Below, piece after piece: positions 1 through 14,500 of a stretch of 64,000 nt of DNA. The stretch's first letter is position 1. Each line of letters opens with the position of its first letter. Under the pieces are notes generated by a model. It had not been told where the DNA came from. It saw only the letters and a list, made by a program, of their open reading frames with translations, and did no database searches. The position numbers and the translations under genes were made by a program. Source of the DNA: the human T2T-CHM13v2.0 reference genome, Homo sapiens; assembly GCA_009914755.4 (NCBI GenBank), contig CP086569.2, positions 12,512,001 to 12,576,000 on the forward strand, read 5' to 3'.

Positions 1-2959
1 ATTTGAATAGAATGGAATCGAATGGAATGCAATGTTATGGAATGGAATTGAATGGAATGGAATCGAATGGAATGGAATCGAATGGAATGCATAGGAATAA
101 AACGGACTCGAATATAATGGATTGAAATGTAAATTGTTTGAATGGAATGGAATCGAATGGAATGGAACTGAATGGAATGGATCAGAATGGAACGGAATGG
201 AATAGAATGGAGTCAAATGTACTGGATTGCAATGTAATTGATTCAAATGGAATGCATTCGAATGGAATGTAATCCAATGGAATGGAATGGAGTGGAATGC
301 AATGGAATGGAAGATAATAGAATGAAAGAAATTGAATGGATTGGAAACGAGTGTAATGGAATTGAATTGAATAAAATTGAATCAAATGGAATGGAAAGGA
401 ATGGAATGGAATGGAATGGACTTGAATGGGCACGAATGTAATGGACTGGAAAAAAATGTAATGGCACCCATTGGAATCTAACAGAACGGAATGAAATGGA
501 TTGGAAAGGCATGGACTCATAAGGAATGTAGTCGGAAGGAATCGAATCGAATGGAATGGAATCAAATGGAATGGAATTGAATAGAACCGAAAGGAATAGA
601 ATGGAATGGAGTGAAATGGAAAGATATAAAATCAAATGGAATAAACACGAATGGAATGAACTAGAATGTAATGTACTCGAAATGAATGCACTGTAGAGGA
701 ATAGATTCGAATTGAATGTAAATGAATGGACTGGAAAGGATTTTAATGGAATGGAATGCAAAGGAATAGAATGGAATGGAATCAAAAGGAATGGAACTGA
801 ATGGAATTGAAAGGAATAGAATGGAATTGAGTTTAATGTAAAGATATCGAATGGAATGGGATGGACTCGAAATGAATGGACTAGAATGGAATGGAGTCGA
901 ATGGAATGGATTGTAAAGGAATGGATTCGAATGGAATGGAAATGAATGCACTGGAATGGAATTTAAAAGAATGGAATGGAATCAGATGGAATGGAATGGA
1001 GTCAACTTGATTGTAATCGAATGGAATGGCATCGAATGGAAAGGAATGGAATGGAAAGGGATGTAGTCAAATGGAATGGATTCGAATGGAATAGAATAGA
1101 ATGGAATGGCATCGAATGTAATAGAAAGGAACGGAATTGAATGGAATGGAATGTATCAAATGTAGTGCACTTGAATGGAATGGACTCAAATACAATCCAC
1201 TTGAAAGGAATGGTCTGGAATGCAATTTATTCAAATAGAATTGAATCGAAAGGAGTGCAATGGTATAGAATGGAATCTAATGGAATGGAATCAAATGCAA
1301 TGAACTACAATGGAGTGGACTGGCATAGAACGGACTACATTGTAGTGGATTGGAATGTATCTCTCTAGAATGGAAAGGAAACGAAAGGAAGGTAAAGAAA
1401 TGGAATGGAATGGAAGGCAATTGAATGGTATGGACACGAATGGAATGGAATCGAATGGAAGGTAAAGAAATGGAATGGAATGGAAGGCAATGGAAATGTA
1501 TCGACTCGAAAGGAATGGAATGGAGTGGTATTGGCTCGAATGTAATAGAAACGAATGGAATGGAATCGAATGGAATACAATGGAATGGAACCATTTGGAA
1601 CGTAATGGAATGGAATGGAGTAGAATGGAATAGAATCAAACGCAATGTCATCGAATTCAGTGGAATGGAATGGACTCGAATGGAAAATACTCGAATGGAA
1701 TAGAATCAAGTGGAATTAGATCGAATGGAAGGAAATGGAATAGAATGTAATAGAATTGATTGGACCCAAATGAAATTGTCTCAAATGGAATGGACGCAAA
1801 TAGAATGGAATCAAAAGGAATGGACAGAAATGGAATTAATACAAAAACAATGGAATCGAATGGAAAGCAAGAGTTCTAAATGGAATAGAAAGGAATGGAA
1901 TCGATTGGAATGGAATGGAATAGAATGAACTTGAATAAAATGGATAGCAATGTAATTGATTCAAATGAAATGGAAATGAATTCAATGTAATCAAATGCAA
2001 TGGAATGGAACGCATTGGAATGGAATATAATGGAATGCAATGGAATGGAATAGAATGGAATGTAATGGAATGGAAAGGAATGGAATTTAGTGGAATGGAA
2101 TAGAATGGAAAGGACTGGAATGGAATGGACTCAAATGTAATGCACTGGAACAAAATCGAATGGATTGGAGTGCAATTGAAAGGAACGGAAGGGAATGGAA
2201 AGAACTCGAGGCGAATGGAGTTGAATTGAATGAAATCGATTGGAATGGAAAAAAATGGAATGGAATTGATTTGAAACGAAAGTAGTAAAACAGAATAGAG
2301 TGTACTGGAAAGATATCGAATGGAATGGAATGCAAAGGAATGGAATGGACTGAAATGAAAAGGATTCAAATGGAATGGACTGGAGTGAAATGGAATCGAT
2401 TGAATGAAAAGAGTGGAGGGGACTGCCATGGAAAGGAATAGAATGAAATGGACAAATATGGAAAGGAGTGGAATGGAATGGAATGAAATGGAATGGAATC
2501 CAATGGCATAGAATCAAATTGAATGGCATAGAGTGTAATGGTATGGAAGGAACGGAATTGACTCAAATGGAATGGACACGATTTTAATAAAATCGAATGG
2601 AATGACATCGAATACAATGGAATGCATTGCAATGGAATGGAATGCAATGGAATTAAATGGAATGGAATGGAATGCATTGCAATGGAATGGAATGGAATGG
2701 AATCTAATTGAATAAAATGGACCCAAAAGAAATGTACTAGAATGGAATGGATTCAAATACAATGGACATAAAACAAAAGGTTTTGAATGAAATTTATTTC
2801 AATAGAATGGAATCAAATGGAATGCAGTTGTATGGAATTGGATTGAACGGAATGGAATCAAATGGAATGGAAGAGAAAGGAATGGACTGGAATAGAAAAG
2901 ACTCGAATGTAATGGATCGCAATGTAATTGATTTGAAAGTAATGGAGTAAAATGGAATG
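1..2959 (+). repeat. Left flank: HSat3 of the same orientation that is not part of the 8.6 kb HOR. A full diverged landmark block at ~2700..2950 abuts the HOR start.
   Basis: ORF translations here do not recur in the HOR copies. The region equivalent to copy positions ~8570 bp upstream (for example 10751..11505) does not match 2183..2937. Confidence 0.7.
1387..1492 (+). repeat. Local direct duplication. The 36-bp segment 'ggaaggtaaagaaatggaatggaatggaaggcaat' occurs twice, 70 bp apart (a 14-pentamer offset).
   Basis: Identical strings start at ~1387 and ~1457. They contain the otherwise rare 'ggtaaag'. Confidence 0.7.
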
Positions 2960-5900
2960 TAATGAAACGGAATGGAATGGAATGCAATGGAATGGAGTAG
3001 AATGGAATGCAATGGAATAAAACGGAGAGGAATCGAGTGGAATGGAGTCAATTGGAATTCACTGGAACAATCGAATGGATTGGAATCAAACGGAAAGGAA
3101 TGGAATGGAATGCAATGGAATGGAATCTAAAGGAATGGATTCGAATGGAATGGAATCGAATGGAATGGAATTGAATGGAATGGAATTTTATGGAATCAAA
3201 AAGAATAGACTGGAATGGAGTGTAATGGAGAATTATCAAATGGAATGTAATGGAAAGGATTGGATTCAAATGGAATGGACAGGAATGGAATGGACTCGAA
3301 TGAAATGGACTAGAGTGGAATGGAAACGAATGGAAGGGAAACGAATGAAATGCAATGGAATGGAATGCACTGGAATGTAAACGAAAGGAATAGAATGGAA
3401 TGGAATCAGATGCAACTGATTGGAAGGGAATGGAGTCAATTGGAATAGAATGAAATCCAACGGTAACGCATGGTGTGGAATGGAAAGGACTCGAATGGAA
3501 TGGACGCGAATGGAATGGCATCAAATGGAATGGAATGGAGTGAACTGGAATGAACTGGACCCAAATGTAATGGACTAGAGTGGAATGGACTCAAATAGAA
3601 TGGACTCAAAACCAACTATCTCGAATGGAATTTATTCGAATAGAATGGAATCAAATGTAATGCAATACTATGGAATGGAATTGAAAGGAATGGAATCGAA
3701 TGGAATGGACTGGAAAGGAATGGACTGGAATAGAATGGACTCAAATATAATGGATTGCAATGTAATTGATTCAAATGAAACGGAATCGAATGGAATGTAA
3801 TCAAATTGAATGGAAAGCAATGCAATGTAATGGAATAGAATGGAATGCAACTGAGTGGAACGGAACGGAGTGGAATCGAGTGGAATCGAACCGAGTGGAA
3901 TGTAATCAAATGGAATAGAATTGATTGGAGTGGACACCAAAGAAATGGACGTGGGAAAAAACGCAATCAAACAGATTGGAATAGAAAGAAACGGAATGGA
4001 ATGGAATGGAATGGAATGGAATGGAATGGAATGGAATGGAGTGGAATGGAATGGAATGGAATGGAAAGGACTCGAATTGTGTGGAGTATAATGGATTGGT
4101 ATGGAATGGAATGAAATTGATGGTAAAGGAAAAATCTTGAATGGAATGGAATGTAAGAGCATGGAATCAAATGGAATGAACTGGAATGGAACACACTGGA
4201 ATGGAATGCACTGTAATCGAATGGACTCGAATGAAATGGATATGAATGGAATGGAATGGAATGGAATCTAGTGGATTTGAATGGAATCGAATGGAAAGGA
4301 TACGAATGGAAAGGAATAGATTGGAAGGAATAGGATGGAAAGGAATAGAATGGAATGGAGACGAATGGAATAGAATCGAATGGTATGGCATCAAGTGGAA
4401 CGGAATGGAATGGAACGGACTCAAATGTAATGGACTCGAAAGGAATAGAAATGAACGGAATGGCATTGAATGGAATGGAATGGAATGGACCCAAATGTAA
4501 TGGACTCGAAGGAATGAATTCAAATAGAATGTACTCGCAAAGAGTGGTCTCGATGGGAATTAATTTGAATAGAATCGAATCGAATGGAATGCAATAGAAT
4601 GCGATGGAATCAAATGGAATGGAACAGAAAGTAATGGACTGAACTAGAATGGTCTGAAATGTAATGGATTACAATATATTTGATTTGAATGGAATGGAAT
4701 CGAATGTAATGTAGTCAAAAGAAATTGAATTTTACACAATGGAATGGAACAGAATGGAATGCAATGGAATGGAAGGGAGTGCAATGGAATGGAATGGAAT
4801 GGCATGGAATGGAATGGAATGGAATGGAGTGGTATCTGATGGAATGGAATGGAATGGAGTGGAATGGACTCGAATGGAATTGATTCAAAACGAATGGAAT
4901 GGATTCAAACCAATAGAATCAAACGGAATGGAATCAAATGGAATGGAATTGAATGGAAATGAAACGAATAGAATGTAATGGAGTGTAATGCAAAGATATT
5001 GAATGGAATGAAATGGACTCGAATGGAATGGAATTTAATGAAATGGACTAGAATGTAATGGACTTCAGTGGAACGGACTCGAATTGAATAGAAACAAATG
5101 GAATGCAATGGAGTGAAAGCAAATGAAATGGAAAGGAATAGAATGGAATGCAATCACACGGAAGGGAATGGAGGTTAAAGGAGTCGAATGGAATAGAATC
5201 AAATGTAATGGGATCGATTTGAATAGAATATAATTGACTCGAATGGAATGGCATAGAATGGAATGGACTAGAGTGAAATTGACTCGAATCGAATGGACTG
5301 GATTGGAATGGACTCGAATGGAATGGAATGGATTGGACTCGAATGTAATGGACTGGATTGGAATTTACTCAAATGGAATGGACTGGAGTTGAATGGAATT
5401 GAATGGAATCCCAAAGAATGGAATGCAGTGGAATGGAATGGAATGGAATGGAATGGAATGGAATGGAATGGAATGGAATAGAATGGAATGGAATGGAATC
5501 GACTCAAATATAATGGACTCAAATGCAATGGCCTCAAATAGAATGAACTCGAAAGGAATGTTCCAAATGGAGTTTATTCGAATAAAACGGAAAAGAATGT
5601 AATGCAATAGTATGCAATGGAATCGAATGAATCCATTCTTACGGAATAGAATTGAATGGAAGAGGTTCGAATGAAACGGACTGGAATGGAATGGATTGCA
5701 ATAGAATGGTCTCGAATGTAAAGGACTGCCATGAAATTGATTCGAATGGAATGGAACCGAATTGAATCGAATCAAAATGAATGGAATTGAACGCAATGGA
5801 ATGGAATACAATGGAATGCAATGGAATGGAAAGAGCGGAATCGAATGGAATGGAATCGAATGGAATGGAATCCCTTGGAATGGACTGAAATGTAATGGAC

Positions 5901-8900
5901 TCGAATGGATTGGACTGGAACAAAATGCAATCAACCAGATTGGAATCATTTGGAACGTAATGGAATGGAATAGAATGGAACAGAATGTAATATAATGGTC
6001 TCGAATGGAATGGATTCGAATGGAATGGAATTGAATGGAATTTTATGAAATAGAATGCAATTGAAAGGAAAAGAATGGAATGGAGTGTATTGGAAAGAAC
6101 TCCATTGGAATGGAAAGGAAAGGAATCGAATGGTATGTATTGGAATTGAACAGACTCCTAGGGAATGGATTAGAGTGGAATGCACACGAAAGGTATGCAA
6201 ATTAATGGAATCGAAAGGAATGGAATGGAATAGAATGGAATGGTATTGGATGGAATGGAATGGAATGGAGACAAAATGAATAGAATTGTATGGAATGGTA
6301 TGGAATGGAATGGAAAGGAATGAACTTGAATGGATTCGAATGGAATGGAGTCGAATGCAATGGAATCGAATGCAATGGCTTCAAATGGAATGGAATGGTA
6401 TTTAATGGAATGCAATGGAATGGAATGCAGCCAAATGTAAGGGACTCGAATGTAATAGACTCAAAAATGATGGACACGAATGGAAGGAACACGCATGGAA
6501 TTTTTTCCATTAGAATGGAATTGAATTGTATGCCATAGTATGGAATGGAATCGAATGGAATGGAATCGAATGGAGTGGACTGGAAAGGAATGGACTGGAA
6601 TACGTTGGACACGAATGTAATGGATTACAATGTAATTGTTTCGAATGCAATGGAATCAAATGGAATGTTATCAAAAGGCATTGAAAGGAACGCAATGGAA
6701 TGGAATGGAATGAAATGGAATGGAATGGAATGGAATGGAATGGAATGGAATGGAATGCAATGCAATGCAATGGAATGGAATGGAGTAGAATCGAGTGGAA
6801 TGGAATCGAGTGGAATGGAATCGAGTGAATGGAATCGAATGGAATGGAACCGAATGGATCAGAATCGGATACAATTTACTGGAATGGAATGGACTCGAGT
6901 GGAATGGACTGGAATAAAATGAAATTGCATAGATTAGAACAGAATGGAACGAAATGGAATGGAATGGAATGGAATGGAATGGAAAGGAATGGAATGGAAT
7001 GGAATGGACTCGATGGGAATGGAGTGCAATGGAATGTAATCAAATTGAATGGAATGGAGTAGAAATGAAGTGAATGGAATGGGAAGGAATAGAATGGAAT
7101 GGAGTGTAATGGAAATATTTCGAATGGAAAGGAATGGAATGGTATGGACTCGACTGGAATGGACTGGAATGAAATGGACTCGAATGGAATGGACTGGAGT
7201 GGAAGGGAATTGAATGGTACAGAAACGAATAGAACGGAATGGAAAATAATAGAATGGAATGGAATGGAATGGAATGGAATAGAATCGAATGGAATGGAGT
7301 CAAATGGAATAGAATCGAATGGAATGCAATGGAATGGAATGGAATGGAATGCAAAGGACTCGAATAGAATGTATTCGAATGGAATGGAATGGAATGGACA
7401 CAAATACAATGGACTCGAAGGGAATTGACCCAAATAGAAAGGACTCGAAAGGAATGGCATCGAATGGAATTTATTCGAATAGAATGGAATCCAATTGCAT
7501 GCAATGGGATGGAATGGAATGGAATAGAAAAGAATGGACAGGAAAGGAATGGACTTGTATGGAAAGGACTAGAATGTAGTGGATTGCAAAGTAAATGGTT
7601 CAAATGGAATGGAATCTAATGGAAAGTATTCAAATGGAATTGAATTGAATGAATCAGATGGGAATACAAAGGAATGCAGGAGAATGGAACGGAGGGGAAT
7701 TGAGTGGGATGGAATTTTGTGGAATGGAATCCAATGGAATGGAATCGAATGAAATGGATTCGAATGGAATTGACATCAACAAAATTGAATCGAATGAGTT
7801 GGAATCAAATGGAATGGAATGGAATGGAATGGAAAGGAATGGAATGGAATGGAATGGAATGTACTAAAATGGAATGTAGTGGAATGGAACGGAACTGAAT
7901 GGAATGGAATCAAATAGAATGGAATTGAATGGAATCGAATGAAATGGAATGGAATGGAGTGAAATGGAATGATATCGATTGGATTGAAATGGACTCGAAT
8001 GAAATGGACTGGACTGGAATGGAATGGAATCGAATGGAATGGATCTGAACGGAATGGACTGGAAAAGAACGGAATCAAATTTAATGGATTGCAATGTATT
8101 TGATTCGAATGTAATGGAATCCAAATTGAATATAATCAAATGGAATTTAATGGAATGCAAAGGAATGGAATAGAATGGAAAGCAGGGGAAATAAATGGAG
8201 TGGAATCGATTCTAATGGAATCGAAAGGAAAGGAGTTGAATGGAATAGATTCAAATGGAATGGACTCAAATGAAATAGAATTGAGTCGAGTGGCATCAAA
8301 TGGAATGGAATGGAAAGGAACGGAATAGACCACAAAGTAATGTACTTAAATGAAATGGACTCAAATAGAATGAAACAAAAAGGAATGTTCTTAAATGGAA
8401 TTTATTTGAATAGAATGGAATCGAATGGAATTCAATAGTATGGAATGGAATCGAATGGATGGAGTCAAATGGATTGGACCGGAAAGAAATGGACTCGAAT
8501 GGAATGGACAGGAATGTATTGGCTTACAATGTAATTGATTCGAATGGAATGGAACTGAATGGAATGTAATCAAACGGATTGGATGGGAATGCAATGCAAT
8601 AGAATAGAATGGAATGCAGTGGAATGGAATGGAATGGAATGGAATCGAGTGAAATGGAATCGAACAGAATGGAATCGAATGGAATGGAATCTATTGGAAT
8701 GTACTGGAATATAATGGACTCAAATGGATTGGACTGTAACAAAATGGAATAGAACAGATTGGAATCGAATGGAACAGAATGGAATTGAATGGAATGGACT
8801 CGAATAGAATGGAGTCGAGTGGAATGGATTTGAATGGAATGGAATGAAATAGAATGGAATTGAATGGAATCGATAGGAGGAGAATGGAATGCAGTGTAAT

Positions 8901-11527
8901 GGAAAGAAATCGAATCGAATCGAAGGGAATGGACTCAAATGGAAAGTGCTGGAATTGAATGGACAAGAATGGAATGGATTGGAGTGCAATGGATGCGAAT
9001 GAAAATGAAACGAATGGAATGGAATGGAATTGAAAGGAATGGAATAGAAAGGAAAAGAATGGAATGCAATCCGAAGGAACTTAAGAAATGGAATGATGTT
9101 GAATGGAATGGAATGGAATGGAATGGAATGGAATGGAATGGAATGGAATAGAGTTGAACCAGAATGGAATGGAGTGGAATGGAATGGACAGGAATATATT
9201 GCATTGCAGCCTAATTGTTTAAAACGGAATGCAATCGAATGGAATAGAATGGAATGGAGTGTAATGGAGAGGTATCAAACGGAATGGAATTTAACGGAAT
9301 GGACTCGAGTGGAATGGACTGGAATGGAATGCAATCGAATAGAATGGACTGGAATTGAATGCGCTCGAATGGAATAGATAGGATTGGAATGGACACGAAT
9401 GGAATGGAAATGAATGGAATGGAAAGCAATAGAATGGAATGGAATTGGATGGAACGAAATGGAATGCAATTGATTTGAGTGGAATAGAATCGAATGGAAT
9501 GGCATCAACTGGAATGGAATTGAATTGAATGGACTCGAATGGAATGGATTCGAATACAATATAATCGAATGGAATGGATTCGAATAGAATATAATTGAAT
9601 GGAATGGCACGTAGTGGAATGGAATGGACCCAAATGGAATGGACTCGAATGGAATCGAAAGAAATGTTCCCGAGTGGAATCTATCAGAATAAAATGTTAT
9701 CGAATGGAATGCAAAAATATGGAATGGAATCGAATGGAATGCAATCGAATGGAATGGACAGGAATGGAATGGACTGGAAGAGAATGGACTCTAATGTAAT
9801 GGATTGCAATGTAATTGTTTCGAATAGAATGTATGTGAATGGAACTTGATCAAGTGGAATGGAATGGAATGCAATGGAATGCTACGGAGTGCAATCAAGT
9901 GGAATGCAATCAAATGGAGTGGAATCGAATGGAATGGAATCCAATGGAAAGGACTGGCATGGAAAGGACTCCAATGGATTGGACTGGAATAAAATGGAAC
10001 TGAACGGATTGCAATCAAATGGAAAGGAACGGAATGGAATGAATTGGAATGGAATGGAGTCAAAAGGAAGGGAAACATATGTTATGGAATTGAATTGATA
10101 TGAAACGAATAGAATGGAATGGAGTGTAATGGAAAGATGTGGAATGGAATGGAATGGACTCGAATGGAATGGACCAGAATAAAATGGACTCGAATGGATT
10201 AGAAAAGAATGGAATGGAATGGAATGCAACCGAATGTAATGGAAAGGAACAGAATGGAATGGAATCAGATGGAATGGAATGGAAGGGATTGGAGTCGAAC
10301 AGAATAGAATCAAAAGTAATGGGATCGATTGGAATGGAATGGAATGGACTCGATTGGAATGGCATAGAATGGAATGGACTGGAGTGAAATGGAATCGAAT
10401 GGAATGGAAACGAATGAAATGGAATGGAATGGAACAGAAACGAACGAAATGGAATGGTATTGAATGGAATGGAGTGGAATGGAATGGAATGGAATGCAAT
10501 GGAATGGAATAGAATGGAATAGAATCGGATGGAATGGAATGGAATGCAATGGAGTCGAAAGGAATAAAATCGAAAGGAATGGCATCAAATGGAATGGAAT
10601 GGACTCGAATGGAATGGACTCGAATGGAATAGAATTGAAAGAATTGGCATTGAATGGAATGGAATGGAATGGTATGGACCCAAAGGTAATGGATTCGAAT
10701 TGATTGGACTCATGTAGAATGGACTATAAAGAAATTGTTTCGAATGCAATTTATATGACTAAAGTGGAATCGAATGGAAGGCTATAGTATGGAATGGAAT
10801 CGAATGAAATGGAATCGAATAGAATGGACTGGAATGGAATGGACTGGAATAAAATGGAATCGAATGTAATGGATTGCAATGTAACTGATGTGAATGGAAT
10901 GGAATATAATTGAATGGAATCGAATTCGAATTGACATAAGAGGAATGGACTGGAATAGTATGGACTCGTATGTAATGGAATGGAATGTAATTGATTCGAA
11001 AAGAGTGGAGTTGGATGGAATGTAAGAAAATGGAATGCAATAGAATGCAAAGTAATGGAATAGAATGGAAAGTAATGGAATGCAAAAGAGAGCAATAGAG
11101 TGGAATGTAATCGAATGGAATGGACTGGAATTGAATGGACTCGAATGCAATGGACTGGAACAAAATTGAATAGAACGGATTGGAATCGAAAGGAATGGAA
11201 AGGAATAGAATGGAATCGAATCGACATGAATGGAATGGAGTGAAACGGAATGGAATCGAATAGAATGGAATCGAATGGAATGGAATTGAATGGATTCGAA
11301 AGGAATAGAATGGAATGGAGTTTAATGGAAAGATATCGAATGGAATATACTGGAATAGAAAGGAATAAAATGTAACGGATTGTAATGTAATTGATTCGAA
11401 TGGAATGGAATCGAATGGAATGTAATCAAATGGAATGGAAAGGAATGCAATGGAATGGTATAGAGTGAAGTGCAATGGAATGGAACAGAGTGGAATCGAG
11501 TGCAATGGAGTTCAATGGAATGGAATG
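2960..11527 (+). repeat. HOR copy 1 (~8568 bp)
   Basis: Homology to later copies begins at about 2961 ('aatgaaacggaatggaatggaatgcaatggaatggagtag'). The distance to the copy-2 landmark is 8568. The start may be off by about 30 bp. Confidence 0.85.
3541..3790 (+). repeat. Example of the diverged ~250-bp landmark block inside HOR copy 1 ('ggacccaaatgtaatggact...ggaatttattcgaatagaatggaatcaaatgtaatgcaatactatgg...aatataatggattgcaatgtaattgattcaaatg'). Equivalents lie at 12109.., 20682.. and 29315..
   Basis: Direct reading. The same block type recurs at about 4480, 5500, 6420, 7380, 8330, 9620 and 10680 within copy 1. Confidence 0.7.
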
Positions 11528-14500
11528 GAATGAAAAGGAATGGAATGGAATGCAATAGAATGGAGTAGAATGGAATGCAGTGGAATAAAACGGAGAGGAA
11601 TCGAGTGGAATGGAGTCAATTGGAATTCACTGGAACAATCGAATGGATTGGAATCAAACGGAAAGGAATGGAATGGAATGCAATGGAATGGAATCTAAAG
11701 GAATGGATTCGAATGGAATGGAATCGAATGGAATGGAATTGAATGGAATGGAATTTTATAGAATCAAAAAGAATAGACTGGAATGGAGTGTAATGGAGAA
11801 TTATCAAATGGAATGTAATGGAAAGGATTGGATTCAAATGGAATGGACAGGAATGGAATGGACTCGAATGAAATGGACTAGAGTGGAATGGAAACGAATG
11901 GAAGGGAAACGAATGAAATGCAATGGAATGGAATGCACTGGAATGGAAACGAAAGGAATAGAATGGAATGGAATCAGATGCAACTGATTGGAAGGGAATG
12001 GAGTCAATTGGAATAGAATCAAATCCAATGGTAACGCATGGTGTGGAATGGAAAGGACTCGAATGGAATGGACGCGAATGGAATGGCATCAAATGGAATG
12101 GAATGGAGTGAACTGGAATGAACTGGACCCAAATGTAATGGACTAGAGTGGAATGGACTCAAATAGAATGGACTCAAAACCAACTATCTCGAATGGAATT
12201 TATTCGAATAGAATGGAATCAAATGTAATGCAATACTATGGAATGGAATTGAAAGGAATGGAATCGAATGGAATGGACTGGAAAGGAATGGACTGGAATA
12301 GAATGGACTCAAATATAATGGATTGCAATGTAATTGATTCAAATGAAACGGAATCGAATGGAATGTAATCAAATTGAATGGAAAGCAATGCAATGTAATG
12401 GAATAGAATGGAATGCAACTGAGTGGAACGGAACGGAGTGGAATCGAGTGGAATCGAACCGAGTGGAATGTAATCAAATGGAATAGAATTGATTGGAGTG
12501 GACACCAAAGAAATGGACGTGGGAAAAAACGCAATCAAACAGATTGGAATAGAAAGAAACGGAATGGAATGGAATGGAATGGAATGGAATGGAATGGAAT
12601 GGAATGGAGTGGAATGGAATGGAATGGAATGGAAAGGACTCGAATTGTGTGGAGTATAATGGATTGGTATGGAATGGAATGAAATTGATGGTAAAGGAAA
12701 AATCTTGAATGGAATGGAATGTAAGAGCATGGAATCAAATGGAATGAACTGGAATGGAACACACTGGAATGGAATGCACTGTAATCGAATGGACTCGAAT
12801 GAAATGGATATGAATGGAATGGAATGGAATGGAATCTAGTGGATTTGAATGGAATCGAATGGAAAGGATACGAATGGAAAGGAATAGATTGGAAGGAATA
12901 GGATGGAAAGGAATAGAATGGAATGGAGACGAATGGAATAGAATCGAATGGTATGGCATCAAGTGGAACGGAATGGAATGGAACGGACTCAAATGTAATG
13001 GACTCGAAAGGAATAGAAATGAACGGAATGGCATTGAATGGAATGGAATGGAATGGACCCAAATGTAATGGACTCGAAGGAATGAATTCAAATAGAATGT
13101 ACTCGCAAAGAGTGGTCTCGATGGGAATTAATTTGAATAGAATCGAATCGAATGGAATGCAATAGAATGCGATGGAATCAAATGGAATGGAACAGAAAGT
13201 AATGGACTGAACTAGAATGGTCTGAAATGTAATGGATTACAATATATTTGATTTGAATGGAATGGAATCGAATGTAATGTAGTCAAAAGAAATTGAATTT
13301 TACACAATGGAATGGAACAGAATGGAATGCAATGGAATGGAAGGGAGTGCAATGGAATGGAATGGAATGGCATGGAATGGAATGGAATGGAATGGAGTGG
13401 TATCTGATGGAATGGAATGGAATGGAGTGGAATGGACTCGAATGGAATTGATTCAAAACGAATGGAATGGATTCAAACCAATAGAATCAAACGGAATGGA
13501 ATCAAATGGAATGGAATTGAATGGAAATGAAACGAATAGAATGTAATGGAGTGTAATGCAAAGATATTGAATGGAATGAAATGGACTCGAATGGAATGGA
13601 ATTTAATGAAATGGACTAGAATGTAATGGACTTCAGTGGAACGGACTCGAATTGAATAGAAACAAATGGAATGCAATGGAGTGAAAGCAAATGAAATGGA
13701 AAGGAATAGAATGGAATGCAATCACACGGAAGGGAATGGAGGTTAAAGGAGTCGAATGGAATAGAATCAAATGTAATGGGATCGATTTGAATAGAATATA
13801 ATTGACTCGAATGGAATGGCATAGAATGGAATGGACTAGAGTGAAATTGACTCGAATCGAATGGACTGGATTGGAATGGACTCGAATGGAATGGAATGGA
13901 TTGGACTCGAATGTAATGGACTGGATTGGAATTTACTCAAATGGAATGGACTGGAGTTGAATGGAATTGAATGGAATCCCAAAGAATGGAATGCAATGCA
14001 ATGGAATGGAATGGAATGGAATGGAATGGAATGGAATGGAACGGAATGGAATGGAATGGACTCAAATATAATGGACTCAAATGCAATGGCCTCAAATAGA
14101 ATGAACTCGAAAGGAATGTTCCAAATGGAGTTTATTCGAATAAAACGGAAAAGAATGTAATGCAATAGTATGCAATGGAATCGAATGAATCCAATCTTAT
14201 GGAATAGAATTGAATGGAAGAGGTTCAAATGAAACGGACTGGAATGGAATGGATTGCAATAGAATGGTCTCGAATGTAAAGGACTGCCATGAAATTGATT
14301 CGAATGGAATGGAACCGAATGGAATCGAATCAAAATGAATGGAATTGAACGCAATGGAATGGAATACAATGGAATGCAATGGAATGGAAAGAGCGGAATC
14401 GAATGGAATGGAATCGAATGAAATGGAATCCCTTGGAATGGACTGAAATGTAATGGACTCGAATGGATTGGACTGGAACAAAATGCAATCAACCAGATTG

